A stretch of 63,544 nt of DNA, counting the filler, from Rhabdomonas costata (Eukaryota): the NCBI GenBank assembly GCA_019059605.1. It is 47 parts of 47 records of this genome, joined end to end, with 100 filler letters (N's around TTAATTAATTAA, not from the genome) between each part and the next. Parts side by side here need not be neighbours in the genome. Positions count along the whole stretch, not along the records: positions 36,574 to 37,818 come from JAHMHO010021778.1; positions 37,919 to 39,172 come from JAHMHO010021779.1; positions 39,273 to 40,526 come from JAHMHO010021780.1; positions 40,627 to 41,880 come from JAHMHO010021781.1; positions 41,981 to 43,234 come from JAHMHO010021782.1; positions 43,335 to 44,588 come from JAHMHO010021783.1; positions 44,689 to 45,942 come from JAHMHO010021784.1; positions 46,043 to 47,296 come from JAHMHO010021785.1; 39 more parts are not named here. The stretch is one strand, 5' to 3'. Both the position numbers and the translations under genes were made by a program. The notes under the pieces were generated by a model. It had not been told where the DNA came from, made no database searches, and saw only the letters and a list, made by a program, of their open reading frames with translations. Shown in pieces: positions 37,250-50,835 of this stretch. The first letter of the stretch is position 1. Every line of letters starts with the position of its first letter.

Positions 37250-38046
37250 CTCAACGGCATTGTAGGACTGCCAAAACTGGCGAGCACTGATTTTATATAT
37301 CAAAAATATTTTTGACATATTACTCATATGTTTTATGACAGGACAATTTTGTAATTTTTATTTTTGATCAGTGACTATTTTTTGTTTTCAATATTTTTAA
37401 AATACCATATGTAAAATTTAAAAAAAAATAAGTTTCATTGATATTATTGAATAAAGAAGTTACAAATTATTTTTTATTTAAAATAATAAAGTAATACAAC
37501 AAGTTAATAATATAAATGTCCCGTTTTACCCGTACGTAGGGTATATGTTTGCTATAAAACTTATATTAAAACGAAAAATAAAGTAGGATTTATAAATTCT
37601 TCATTATTACTGTTCTACACTTTACCATTTGATGTCTGCGGATTATCAACAGTCGGTACGCAAATACAATTCTTCATGCAAACATTTTTGTTTTGCACAG
37701 ACAGCCTTTGTGGCTGTCTGTTGCAAAAGCTTGAAGTTGGCATTTTCTGATCGGAAGTCGGCAGATACAAAGTCAACACCGACATATCATAATGTGTTGG
37801 AAAATTATAAAAACAACCNNNNNNNNNNNNNNNNNNNNNNNNNNNNNNNNNNNNNNNNNNNNTTAATTAATTAANNNNNNNNNNNNNNNNNNNNNNNNNN
37901 NNNNNNNNNNNNNNNNNNGGTGGTGGGTGCGGAGCCCAAAGGAAAACTCGGAACATTGCAATATACCGCAATTTCGCAACTTTTCGCAGTACGGCGCAAT
38001 TTGTGCAGGACAGGTGGAGGGACTTAGTTGAGCCTATGCCTATGTA

Positions 38047-38280
38047 GACCCCCTTGGACCCCGATGGATCTGTATGGAATTTTGGCGGGAAAGACCTACA
38101 TCGACCAAGTCGGAGTGGGACCGGAAGGGATACATATGGACGCAGATGGAATTTTGATCGGACCTTGATCGACCCGGATGGACTTGAAAGGATCCAGATG
38201 GAACTTTAGCCGGACCGTGATGGACCCAAATGAAAATTAGGTCGGACCTTGATGGGCCCAGATCAATGTGAATGGACGTA
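38047..38280 (+). repeat. Degenerate ~10-bp tandem repeat (GATGGACCCN-like)
   Basis: (T/C)GGAC / TGGA(T/A) motif recurs at about 10-bp spacing: TGGACCCCGA TGGATCTGTA TGGAATTTTG...CGGACCTTGA TCGACCCGGA TGGACTTGAA AGGATCCAGA TGGAAC. Confidence 0.75.
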
Positions 38281-41200
38281 TGCTCGGGTTGACTGGAAGA
38301 CAACACGAGGAAGAAATTCACCTGGAGAGGTCTCTTCAGGAGTCGTGAAGCAGAAATAGTCTAAATTTTGTTTTCGGTTTAGCGACGCGATGCAGAGAAC
38401 TTGGTATGGTTGTTTCAACCCCGTGATGAAAAAACTGACATTTCGCAGTTGGTTTGATGAAGCGATGAGGATAAGATGGACCGCCACCGGCCACTTCTTT
38501 CTCCTGTTCACAGACCGTCCAGCAGTTTGTTCTACAAAATGGCCATGGACAAAGCAGCCGGTTATGACTGGAATCAATAGATTTTGTTGGGAAGAACTAG
38601 AACATGGGGCGAAAAATGCACCGGGCCGACCCAAAAAAACTGCAATGCGAAAAATGCTGCTTTGGTGGAAAATTTAGATCAAAAACAAGTGCAAATGACC
38701 TCAAAAACTGTCGGCATAAAACATAAAGTTGGGTCGATTTCTGAGAAGTCGATTTCTTCACCCAGAAGACCGCTGGACGGGCGAACTTTGCAACCATATA
38801 GCCTTCGAATTGTCAGTCCGGACCACTTCTATTTGATGGCCCACACATGCTAACCAGGGGTATGTGTGGCTTTCAACACTTGCCACACCATTTCTTATAC
38901 CCACCACTCCCGCTCCGCTTGGAAAGGGCATGCTTTGGAAAGGAGCGGGTATCAAAGAATGATAATTGGTAAAAAAACAGTTTTTTCGGCCAAAGATATT
39001 AGAATAAGAAATCAGCCACGAAAGCTCCGTTATTCCCCCCGTTCCTCCGTTATTCGATGAAACAAAGATGCACACACACACCCTTCGCAACCGTTGATCG
39101 AATCGCAGTGTATATGTCACGGCGAGAGGAAACGCACAGAGTCAGGAAGACCTGTGCCGCCACTACCGACAANNNNNNNNNNNNNNNNNNNNNNNNNNNN
39201 NNNNNNNNNNNNNNNNTTAATTAATTAANNNNNNNNNNNNNNNNNNNNNNNNNNNNNNNNNNNNNNNNNNNNCGAGGTGATTGACATTTGCGGGACAGAA
39301 ACTTGCCTTGGACGCGTGCTCCATATATTAAGTAGTGAGCCCGAGGTCGTCATACTTACTGAGTAGTATATTCGTGTCACTTGTTCACTTGTTAACAGCC
39401 ATGCGAACGCAGTCTGGTCACAGTATCATGTAGTAATCCTAAATTGGGGGTTTGCCAATCAGCCGATGCGCACAGACACACATCGCCACTTAGCCTGATA
39501 ACCGCCGTGTTTTGTGATTTTGTGTGTACTTTGTTCCTTCATGTGCCGGTCATGAACTGAAGAAGTCCTTTGGAAATGGATTCTGACGTGGTGTGTACCC
39601 GGATGCTTATGCTCCTTGGCTTTATGCGCTCAGATAAGGTGCAGTTAGCTTCTTTTTTGTGCTTCTCAGGTCAATATCTCAACGAGCTTCCCGCCAATAA
39701 GCGGGTTTTCATGGAACTTGGAGCCCAAGGGTATGTCAGGGGTGAATGTGCCTTCATGCGGGGTTCTATTGATGTTGTTCGCCAACAGAAGAGGTGGGCG
39801 GTGAACTGTGGGCCCGTGAGCATCACCATCGTCACCATGAACGGCATCAGAACTACACCGAAATCGCAAAGAAGAAACCTCGCTTTGTTCGTCTTTGTTA
39901 AATATTTTCGTTTTCTGCTTGCCAGTTCTTGCCACATGAAGTGTTGTTTCCCCGCGGGCCCGATTTTTTAAGCAGTCTAACCGTTCCACTGCAGCGTCAT
40001 ACGGTCCAGCAAAACTCGTCTGGGAACTGCTCAGACGGCGCGACCTCAATGCACGACTTCCCTCTCGCTCTGCATGCTGCTTCCCGCTCAATCCGCTACC
40101 TTTTCCCTCCCATCATCATCAGTTGTGTGCAGTGTGCTCCCCGACATGGTTACCGCGTATGGGGTTGCGAAGTCCCGATGCGGACACGGTCAGCGGCTTT
40201 GTTGGCGGTTCCTCGTACTCATCTTGCGAGAATTGCACGTTCCACCAGTTGCGTTAGGGACCCAGGTGTATGTGTAACAATGGTGCTCTCGCCGGCGGTG
40301 TCGGTACCTGCTGCATTTGGAGCGGACGGGCCCGGTGCGGGGTTCCTTACTGCCCGAGTTATGCTCTTTGGAGAGGACCGCGTGCATATCCATCAAGGAC
40401 AGTCACCGGGCGTTCAACTGGGTTGGCTGTGAAGAGGCGTGTGAAGTTCCCTCACCCCGCGAGCTGGGGGCGGCCACCTGCGACGACCTGCTCAGCCAGG
40501 CCTCTCGCCTACTTCGGAAGAACTGCNNNNNNNNNNNNNNNNNNNNNNNNNNNNNNNNNNNNNNNNNNNNTTAATTAATTAANNNNNNNNNNNNNNNNNN
40601 NNNNNNNNNNNNNNNNNNNNNNNNNNGGGTTTTGGGGGGCCTGTGATGGTTTCATGTTTTCATGACGAATCCCGACAATCCCGTTTTGATGGGCCAAGGC
40701 AATGTTTTCCGTGAATTCTTTGTGAAAGTCCCTTCCCCTCTCTTTGATGGGCAAAACGGGCCTAGTTGTTCGCTCGTGTGTGCCTGTGTGGCGTCTGTGT
40801 TGGCGGGTGTGTTCTGATCCCTTCCACCCCGTGTTGAGGGTAGTCGGACTATGTAAGTCTGTGATATACTGCCGAGTCGGGGAAGAGGTGGGAGGGGTGG
40901 AGTGCTGCTCCCAATGACGTCTCCTGCTATGAGGGTGGAGGTCTTTACATTGCTCCCATGTGCCTGTCGGTTGCATTCGTTTCGTACTTTTTGGGGAAGC
41001 TGTAGAATGTAGAATTGAAAATGGAAAATGCACACTGCATTTGCTACCGCGTTGGTTTTCGCGCAGTGGCATTGTGGAGTGCAGCCCTTCGTCCATTAGC
41101 TCTCACTGCCGCACCATAGTTAATCCGCGCAGACATATCGTTGGCGGCTATCACATTTCCCGCTCCCACCTTCCCCGTTCTTTCAACCCCCAGTCCCCAG

Positions 41201-44200
41201 CCACCACTACCCTTATCCACACATGCGCTTCGGTGAGCCCCCTTTGCTGGGCCTTTCACCATTTTTTCTCCAAACGCCTACTCCCAACTGCTGCCTGCCT
41301 ACACCCATGTAGACGCCTTATGCAGTTTAGCAAGCTCAGCCTGGGCTTACATCCCGAATACATCAAGAGTGCCCTGTGGTCACCACCCTGGCAGGGAACC
41401 ACTGACCCCTGTTTGTCCTGAGAAGGGTCATGCAGCGAGAGCGTGAGGCGAGGTGGTGTGGACGAACTCCCCTGCCCGCTCTTTTTTTTTCCGCGCTCTT
41501 TGCTGTCTGGTTGAACAGACCGACCTCTGCGCATAGTGCTTTTGTCATTGTTCGTGTCCCAGTTCTAATGGTGGTCCCCCAGCTTCGAGACGGTTTGTAT
41601 TTTCACTTCGAGAGTTTTTGTTGACCTTCTTCGCCTGCTTGATTTATCTGTCACTTCTTTTTTCTCTGCTTTCCTTGTACTGCCCGGGGCCATGGTATTG
41701 GCTTCCGCTTGCATTGCCGCGCTTGAGCATTGTAGCCTTTTCCATTCCTCCCCTTACACCATTTCCGCACTACCGCCTTTCCGTCCAGAAAGGTTCCGCC
41801 TTTTTTTTTCGTTTCCATTGGGGTTTCCTTCGCCATGTGCCCTCTCCCGCCCGACCCACACCACCAACCACACCCAACACNNNNNNNNNNNNNNNNNNNN
41901 NNNNNNNNNNNNNNNNNNNNNNNNTTAATTAATTAANNNNNNNNNNNNNNNNNNNNNNNNNNNNNNNNNNNNNNNNNNNNTGTTGGGGTGTAACGTACCA
42001 CAGTGCCAAGCCAAAGCAACCAGAACGCACGTCAAAACCCTGGTACTTCAGAACACCATTTCAGGCAAGGAAAAAATGAGTGTGTGTGCAAAAGGCGGCC
42101 TGCAATCGATCTCTATGGGACTTAACTTGAATTTAGAACCAAGCCACGGAGTTATCGGTGAAAGGTGTGTGTGGAAGGCGGGGGGAGAAAGGCACCTCAA
42201 CATCAAGGGTGACCTCTAAGGTCTGAGTGCAGGCCATTTGCACACTCCCCGGCACCGGTACTCACACACTCGCCACACAGGAAAACAGGAGCAACGTAAA
42301 CGGAAGCACAAAGCAAATTAGCTTGGTTTCTTCCAAGAACAAACAGATGACAGGAGAAATTGCTGGTGAAAACTCTTCGGTGACTGAAACGATGAAAAAA
42401 GAGGAGAATTTGCGGTGTGTGGGAACTTAGTGACTTTCCACCTCCCAAATATTAAAGTCAAGAAACCCCCGGTCCGTTGCTGCCAAAACTGGATCAGTTT
42501 TCGTTTCTTCGATCAATGGCAAAAGTCGACAGCCAAGGCGCACGAAGGGAACGGTCACGAATTCCTCTGTATGAGAACTACCGGCACTACTGTTCGCGTT
42601 GGTACAACCAGAAAGAGATCCCCGTTGGTCGAATCGTCGATGCAATTGCAGTCTCTTGCAACTCTGCACTCATATCCATGGAAAAACCTCACAAATCCGA
42701 TTTATCTAACATTGCAAAGTCTGCGCACTTCCAGGTGGATAGAAAAGCATTTCGTCACACGTGTCCGCCGAGGAAGCACACCCGATCGCCAAATGGAAGG
42801 ACCCATGCTCCACAAAAGGAATGTGCCACCAATTCAAGTGACGGTTCCACAACCGCTGCCACACGCACGGGCATTCAAGACCGGAAACGGGGAGCCCGGA
42901 GAACGCCAAAGGAAAACAGTAAGGTGCTCAAACTCCTTCGCACAGAATAAACCAGCAAAAAAACACATCTACTCACAGCAGAAACAGAACTCACCAAAAA
43001 CCACAAGCTCTAGGGATTCTCCTCGAGATAGCACGCCCAGGTTCAAAAGAAAATAAGACCCCGTGGCGAACCACGCTTCGGGCCTGCAGCGGAGAAGTCC
43101 ACTTACAAGTGACCCCGTGTAGAACCACAAACCCTGGAATGGACACGGATACGCCCGTTCCAACTCCAGCCATTCTTAAAGCTCCTCCAGCTTCTTCTGC
43201 CGCTGCACCCCAAAAACCAACCACACCCACCACANNNNNNNNNNNNNNNNNNNNNNNNNNNNNNNNNNNNNNNNNNNNTTAATTAATTAANNNNNNNNNN
43301 NNNNNNNNNNNNNNNNNNNNNNNNNNNNNNNNNNGGGTGGGGGGGCAGCTGAATCAACGACTCGACCATATAGTGCTTGAGCGCCTGGCGAAGAAGCTGT
43401 CAAAAATAGGGTTGCCGTGATGTCCCTGATCTGGCAACAAAGAAGCAATGGAAGGTGCGGCGCAGTCCAAACCAACAGCGTCTGCGTGCTGATCAGAGAG
43501 GACTGTCACTCCTAACAGGGGTGGGCATTTGTCCCCCAAAAGCATCCCAATCGACAACGAACGCATTGTGGCTCTTTGGTGCATATGGCAAAAGTCTTAC
43601 CGCGAAGTCAAAAGGGCAGAAGTGAAAGTTTCTCCGATTGCTTGTTAAGCTTACCAGGTTTCAGCTTAATCTGGCTCAGCATCTCTGGATCACCGAGGCC
43701 AAAACTTTGAACTGGAGCAGCAGCGTAGCCATTGATGCCAACTTGACCAGGAACCAAAACCTCATTCTTGAACCCCACAAAGAAGACCCCACACGTCCCA
43801 AAAATGCTCAGCGTATCCACGGTGTCTGCAAGCCCACTGGTGGCATCCCAAGTAACAGCAAAGCTTCGGGCAGTTTGCACCCATGCAGCGCACCGTGGTG
43901 CGCGATCGTTCCGCTGTCCTATTCCGTGAGAAACTGGAGCAGCCGCTCGTACCAAGGCGTCTCCACTCGCGGCCTCTTCTTTGGCGGCTCGGCTCTAAGA
44001 CCACACGGACCCCCCGACCCCTCATGCCATCCAATATCCAGTATACCAACCGTGGAGCGAGCTTCACTTCAAATGACATTCCAAAAAGCACAAACCGCAC
44101 ATCCAAAACGCACATGAGCTCTCCAGGATTCAGCTTTTAGATTAGTGCCCTATAGAGAATGGTCAGCGTCTGGGTCTTGTCTCACAATTGCATGCATGCA

Positions 44201-45361
44201 GAAATACCGCACTGCTCCGCCCGAACTCTCGCGCATTGGATACGGCAACACCAGAACGCAAAAAAAAAACCTCTCGCTCAAGAAATAACTCAACCCACCC
44301 AGAAGAACTTCATCCCGATTTTTGAAAGGCGCAAAAATACAGTGGACCAGTGGTTTCCTGCTGACAGTTCAGTCCGTTGCTACAAAAATTGTGCAACACG
44401 AATGAGGTGGGGTAGGGGTGCACACTCTGATTTCCCAGCAGAAACGTCGCCCCCTATCGCAGAGGGTGGAGCAGATGGCTTTGCCTGCACTACGCCCTGA
44501 ACCACCCCCCGAAAGCAGCGATCGCAAAACCATCGTTCTAGTGAAGGTGCGCCTCAAAAAGGGTGCAGTGTCATTGAAAAACAAAACGNNNNNNNNNNNN
44601 NNNNNNNNNNNNNNNNNNNNNNNNNNNNNNNNTTAATTAATTAANNNNNNNNNNNNNNNNNNNNNNNNNNNNNNNNNNNNNNNNNNNNGTTTTGTTGGAG
44701 GACGACAAAACTGTCGACACAAAGCGGTAATACACGGGAGCAGAACCACAGAAGCACAAAAGGGCCTGCCTCAAGCATTGGGGTCACAGACATCTTCGAG
44801 ATGGCGGACAAAGTGGAGCGGCACGGGTTGGGCATTAACGAAAACACTACACCTAAGATGGCTTGCGAAATAAAGAAACGGGGATGAGCAAGGGAAGGCC
44901 CAGAATGGAGGAATTCAAAAAAATTGGAAGTTTCACGATGCTTTCCAGAACACTTGAACTTCAAAGGGGCCTTCAATGCGGAAAAAGAAAAGACAATTGA
45001 CCGCCGTGTGAGAAAAAATAGTACTGCACTATTGTGTTGTTGTGTGTTCTTCTGCTCAACTATTTTCTTATTGAAAACCACAAACTTTTTCGTGCAACGC
45101 TTCCCTTGTTTCCCACATTTTTTTTGGGCAAAGTAGATCACGCGAATAGTTTTTCACATCTTCGATGTCTCCATACAACTCAGATGGAAGAACGACAGCG
45201 TTTCTACAGAAAAGTACAAACGGTAACACAAACACGACCAAGTCACTGGGTCAAAGCAGCTCAAGCTTGACCAAGCCTGAAGGTCAAGTTCAAAACATGC
45301 CCGGGTGATGACGGAATATAGCCGCAACCAGTATTGACGAGGATTCCCCCTCTTCACTTTT

Positions 45362-45603
45362 TCATTTGCCAACCCGTGGCCCTGAAATGAATGCGATGGT
45401 GGAGGTGTACATGTGCCGAAAGCTCCTTGCCGCAGCTGGGGAGACCCGCACCGTCTCCGGAGGAGAGCCGATTTCCCCCTGCAGGAAGGCTCCCGTGAAT
45501 GGGATAGCGGGGCAGAGCTCACGGAGCAGCTCGGCCTCCATTCGAGCGGTGCCCACACAGCTGTACACGGCGGCCAATGCGGGGCTGGCGCATGCACCGG
45601 AAA
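45362..45603 (-). CDS. FIST C-domain protein, terminal exon
   Basis: VYSCVGTAR...EAELL...IPFTGAFLQGEIG...HMYTSTIAFI matches the FIST_C pattern; CACAG acceptor. Confidence 0.75.
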
Positions 45604-47748
45604 CTGTGGGAGGGGAAAGCTGGGCGTTCAAACCCGCGGCACCGGGTCAAGGACACATTGAAGAGGGATCCATGGACAAAGGTCGGGATGGTCCCTCTGT
45701 GCGCTCGGCGACACATAATCTAACGTGCTCACGTAATGTGAGTCGTAATGTGAATTAAAATAAACCTTAAGCGCGTTGTCCGAAATTCCATTTACTCTAT
45801 GAACACCTTTCTCCATTCGCGTCCATTTTTTACGTCTATTTACTCACATTTAAACTCCATTTAAACTGCAAAACAGACACCGCCCCCATTGCCTGTATAA
45901 TGCACCCGCGCCTGCAAAACCGGGTGTGCAGACCACCACACCNNNNNNNNNNNNNNNNNNNNNNNNNNNNNNNNNNNNNNNNNNNNTTAATTAATTAANN
46001 NNNNNNNNNNNNNNNNNNNNNNNNNNNNNNNNNNNNNNNNNNGTCTCTTCTTGCGGTTTGGGGTTTGTTGTATTGCGTGGTCATTTTCGACTTCTTCATT
46101 TTTTGGAAGGTGCTGCCAGCTGCAAGTGGTTTTTTTTGCGAACGTTTTTCTTAAACTGGGAATATCCCTGACGTTTGACTCTCCCCACGTATTGTCCCGA
46201 TCTCGACTCTCGTGAGCACATCATGCACTTCTTCTCTACGGTACCCCCCGCCACGGCCATGCCTTCCTCTCCCGGTGTCCACTACGACAATGGATCTTCA
46301 CAAGGCGGTTTTCGGCCCGTGGGCTCACCGTCTCCTGAAACTGGTGCGCCCTCCCTCCCATGAAATTACTTGTGAATAACGCTGATCTGCATGAATGGTT
46401 AAATGCGTGAACCACATTATCCGGTTGGTTTAACTCTGTTAGACCGACGACTTGGGGACGAGCAGGATTCACTGCGGTAACCATGTCGTGTGGTGTTGTC
46501 TGCCTTTTGGCTTGAGCTGAGAGGTGTTTCAAGCATCTACCCGGGTTTGTGGGGTAGGATTCTTACTCTTCCTGTCTTCTTGGGAGGAGGAGCATGCGCC
46601 CGTGCCTGTAGCCTGTGTGGAGTGTACCTCTGGATTCCTCTGCCGAGATGTGTGGGTGTGGGTGTGCAAACTGTCAAAACTTGAGTGTGTCAGTGCCAAT
46701 GGGGGTGAATTGTCACCCCAACCGGGGGATTCTTTCGCGCGCTATTTTTTCTTTCTCAGGCTTCCCAGCGCATCTGCCGCCATCCTCGGCAGCGCAGCAG
46801 TATGACCTCTGTTTTCGTTTGTGTGTTGGGGTGAAGCTCAAAGCTCCCGCGGTTGAGCTTCAGCCCATTTTTGCCGTTTGGCTCCAATTACCAAGTTCGT
46901 TTTTTAGCTTCTGTTCGAGTGACGTTTTAGAAAGTTTTCCAAATCAAACCGAGGTGCCGTATGCGGGTGTAGCATTTCTTCGCTCAGTGTCTCTTCTTCG
47001 TCCCAACAACCCTCCCTGCAGCTAGTTTGGGTACCGTTTGTTTTTAGAGCCTCGGAGAGGGGAGGCTGAAATTCTCGTCTGAATCAAAGCAAATCAAAGC
47101 AGAGGCAGAAGCAAAGCAAAGCAAACCTGTCCATCACTTTCAAAGTATAGTACTTTCACCTCATGGGGGGAGGGGGTGGACCTCCCTCCCCACTGGGGTT
47201 GCTGTGTGTCACGATCACATTGCCCGTGCTGGAAACGAGGGCTAGAGTACCCCCCCCCCGGCCTAAAGGCCCCACAACACCAAACAGACCCAACACNNNN
47301 NNNNNNNNNNNNNNNNNNNNNNNNNNNNNNNNNNNNNNNNTTAATTAATTAANNNNNNNNNNNNNNNNNNNNNNNNNNNNNNNNNNNNNNNNNNNNCTCG
47401 CAGTGATTAAGGGCCGGGGGTGCGACGACCCAAAGCGAGCTTTCAAAAGAAAAAACAAGCCCCCACAAAAAATAACGATCATTCCAAAAGAAGCTCAGCC
47501 TTGATCCATCCATCTATAGATGTGCACACAAGTAAAAAGTTTCTCGAAAAAACGCGGCGGCTAATTCATGTGACGCCAACCACACTCCATTTCGGTGCTC
47601 ACTTCTCTCCTCGACGAAAACCTTCATATCTCTCGTTCACCTTCGTAACTCTGCAAGAAGTCGCGCAGGCGACGTCGAAATTATCGGTGCCTTGATTCTT
47701 AACGAACAGCCTTTTTTTTTTTGGGGGGGGGAGGAGCCGCTCACACAC

Positions 47749-47836
47749 CTTTGTACTCTCCGTAGGTACCGTACGCAAACAGCGCTAGAAGATCGTACCA
47801 CTTCTTGTGCTCGGCGTACTCTGGGCTCGTGGACAG
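47749..47836 (-). CDS. COPS7: COP9 signalosome subunit 7 (PCI domain), internal exon
   Basis: EHKKWYDLLALFAYGTYGEYK matches the CSN7 LLxLFAYGTxxDY motif; AG/GT boundaries. Confidence 0.75.
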
Positions 47837-49442
47837 CTGGCAACGAAACAGAAAAAGTACAGGCGGCCAGCAGACTGGACTGGCCCATCGCCTATCCCTC
47901 TTCCGTGGCCAACACAGAGAAACCACAGGCGAAGTAGAATATGCCGACAGCATTTGCCAAATACGTTCGGACCAATGCAAAGGTCCCAAGACGCTAGCTG
48001 CTAGGCAGCGAAGAAGAAGCTGGGAGCTCGGATGTCAACCTCTAATAAGTTCAAAAGCAAAAAGAGATCCACCTATGGGAGAGAATATCAGCGGAAGAAA
48101 AACGCTTTGTTATCGGATCTACAGACCATAAGCGGCGTCTCGATGTTTGAGACTCATTGAAAATGTGTGTGTAAACATGTTTTGAATGCATGCCTTGTGC
48201 TTTTTGCTAAGCAACTTCTAAAATTCCAGAATTTTGTCTTACAATTTCACATCTAGTTTAGTAAACAACGCAATCCAGTAACCTGAAATTTTACAATGCA
48301 GGAGCATAGATCTTATGAAATGTGGCTCGTATTTCACACACTCAGCCATCTAAAGATTCATGGAAATCAAGTGCTTTTGCGCAAATGTACCAAAAAAACA
48401 TCACTGGTGCGGCGGTGCACCATAACAACGTTACAGAGAAAACGGGTGAGGTCCTTCAATGGACAATATACTCAACGATCCGAAGAACACCATCACAAAC
48501 TCAAGAGGAGACATGCACACGGTAGGAACAGTAAAAGAGTTCTAGGCTCTTCAAGTGAGCCTCACAACCCCACCATCCGCAAGAGCTCTCTGTTGATCTT
48601 GTTCTCAAACGTAGTTTCTCCAGGAGGAAGAAGAATTCCCAAGCATTCTGNNNNNNNNNNNNNNNNNNNNNNNNNNNNNNNNNNNNNNNNNNNNTTAATT
48701 AATTAANNNNNNNNNNNNNNNNNNNNNNNNNNNNNNNNNNNNNNNNNNNNGTGGGCTCGCCCGTGAACATGGGGTGCCAGTGATGCAGTGACGCGGTGAT
48801 TTTTGTGGGCTGCAGGCGGCCACGTGCCAGTTGCCGAGCCCTTTCGGCGTGGGTGGTTCGTTGTAAAGTACGATGTGGGTGCTGTCGTAAACCCTCCGGG
48901 CGCAAAAGGGTTACGAAAGAGCCGCCAAGGGGCACCACCACCGGCCGAGGTGAAAGGTCGGGACTCTCCTGACCCCAAGGACCGGCCACGCAGCGTTTCG
49001 GGAGGCCTGCTTCGGCTACAAAAGACCCCAGGCCTCCTTCGGCTTAGCCCTCTACAGGGGGGGGGTATCCTCGCGCGATGCACGAGAACAGAAGGCACAA
49101 TCGGGGGGTACCGGGGTACCGGCTAACACCGCATTTTGTGCCACATGCCGTAATTTCCTTTCTGCCCCTCAGGTCCTTTGCCATGCAACCACCTTTTTCC
49201 ACCGGCTACCCGCGCTGCCCCATTGCGTCTCAGGTCTCCGAGGCTCCATCCTATTTGGGAGCCTCCCAATCAAGAGAGGGGTTTTGCGCAGATTTTGGCA
49301 GCAGGCTATACCATTAACAAATCCACAAATTAACAAACATTAACAAATACGAGCAAGCTTTGCCCTGATGGAATGAAGGAATGAATTCATGAATGACTTC
49401 AGTGTGCAGTGAGAGAACGGGGGGAGGGGTTCGGGGGTGCAC

Positions 49443-49586
49443 CTCCGTATCCACGTCGAACATCATAAGGTCGGAAAAGGGCTGGTCCCCGTCGAAGCCC
49501 CCGAACAGCAGCACCCAGCAGGGCGCCACATACAGCATCACTGCGGACTCCCGGGCCCGAGGCCACACCGGGCCCACCGGAAGGAT
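49443..49586 (-). CDS. Kelch-repeat protein, 144-bp phase-0 exon
   Basis: WPRARESAVMLYVAPCWVLLFGGFDGDQPFSDLMMFDVDTE; one repeat in one exon. Confidence 0.8.
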
Positions 49587-50170
49587 CTGAATGTGAATGA
49601 CACGCCTTGCGCCTGGGTAAACATGCCTGTGTGAATTCACTGCCAAACCTGTGCTCGTCAGTCGGGCTGACACCTCTTCAACAGCTGACAAGACTCAAAA
49701 TAAAAAAGGGGCTTGAGGTGGACAATCATTTTGAAATTCAGTGCTCCCTATCCATCAAGGCGCTGGTCACAACATATTGCTGCCATCAAAGTTTCGGACC
49801 CGACATTCCCAGCAAGGGGTCCCTGAAGCAGAACTGTTTGTGTGGGTGACTGGGACAATATATGTGTATCTACATCTTTGTTTGCGAGAGAAAAAACCAT
49901 AGGAGAAGGGGAAACGAGAAGGGGAAGGGAAGGAAAAGCAGAAGAGAAAAGATGTCTTAGTCAAGAATGCGGAGCCAATGAGTGCTGTCATGTCACCACT
50001 GTANNNNNNNNNNNNNNNNNNNNNNNNNNNNNNNNNNNNNNNNNNNNTTAATTAATTAANNNNNNNNNNNNNNNNNNNNNNNNNNNNNNNNNNNNNNNNN
50101 NNNGGGGTGTGTTTATGTGCGCGAGGACTTGCCGGAGCCATGCCACCCACATCCCCACAAACCATCACAC

Positions 50171-50632
50171 CGGTACTCGGCCTCCAGGCGCTCCTTGTTG
50201 GCCCTCTTGGCCTCCTTCACCAGGGTGGAAACCCGAGTGAGGTTCTCCTCGGCCTGCTGGATCGTTCGCAGGGTCAGGGTCACGCTGAGCACCTCCGTGC
50301 AGACGTTGTCGATGTTGTGGGCCTCGTCGAACACCACCACGCAGTTCTTCGGGAGGCTGGTGGAGACGATGTTCGCGATCTTGGGGTCCAGTAGGTAGGC
50401 GTAGTTGTACACCACAACGTCTGCCATCTCCATCGCGTACCGAGCCAGGAAGTAGGGGCACCTTTGTTATTAACGATACCCCCAAAACAGTGTTTCCGCA
50501 TCTACATGTCGAAACGCCATTAGAGGTAAAAAAGCCCCCTTTGCAGAGGGAATAAAGGGAACAAGGGGGTGGGAGGGCTAACATTCACAAGCGAAGGCTG
50601 CGCAGCGATTTAACCTAGAAGTAGGACACACA

Positions 50633-50664
<32 letters not shown>

Positions 50665-50835
50665 CAGAGGGTGTGAAGAGTGGGGGGGGGGCAGGGATCC
50701 CACCAGCCCTTCTTCTGGGCCCAAATCTTGAGGTCCGCCAGAGTATAGACGCCGTGGGGCAGGCTAGGGGTTAGGGCGTCGCGGTGCTCCTGCAGCGCGT
50801 TGAAGTAGGGGCACTTCGAGGCTCCTCCCGCTTCC
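50171..50835 (-). CDS. ERCC2: TFIIH helicase XPD/Rad3; exons 50835-50704 and 50461-50171
   Basis: LPHGVYTLADLK...GW|CPYFLARYAMEMADVVVYNYAYLLDPKIANIVSTSLPKNCVVVFDEAHNIDNVC...RLEAEY. Confidence 0.95.
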
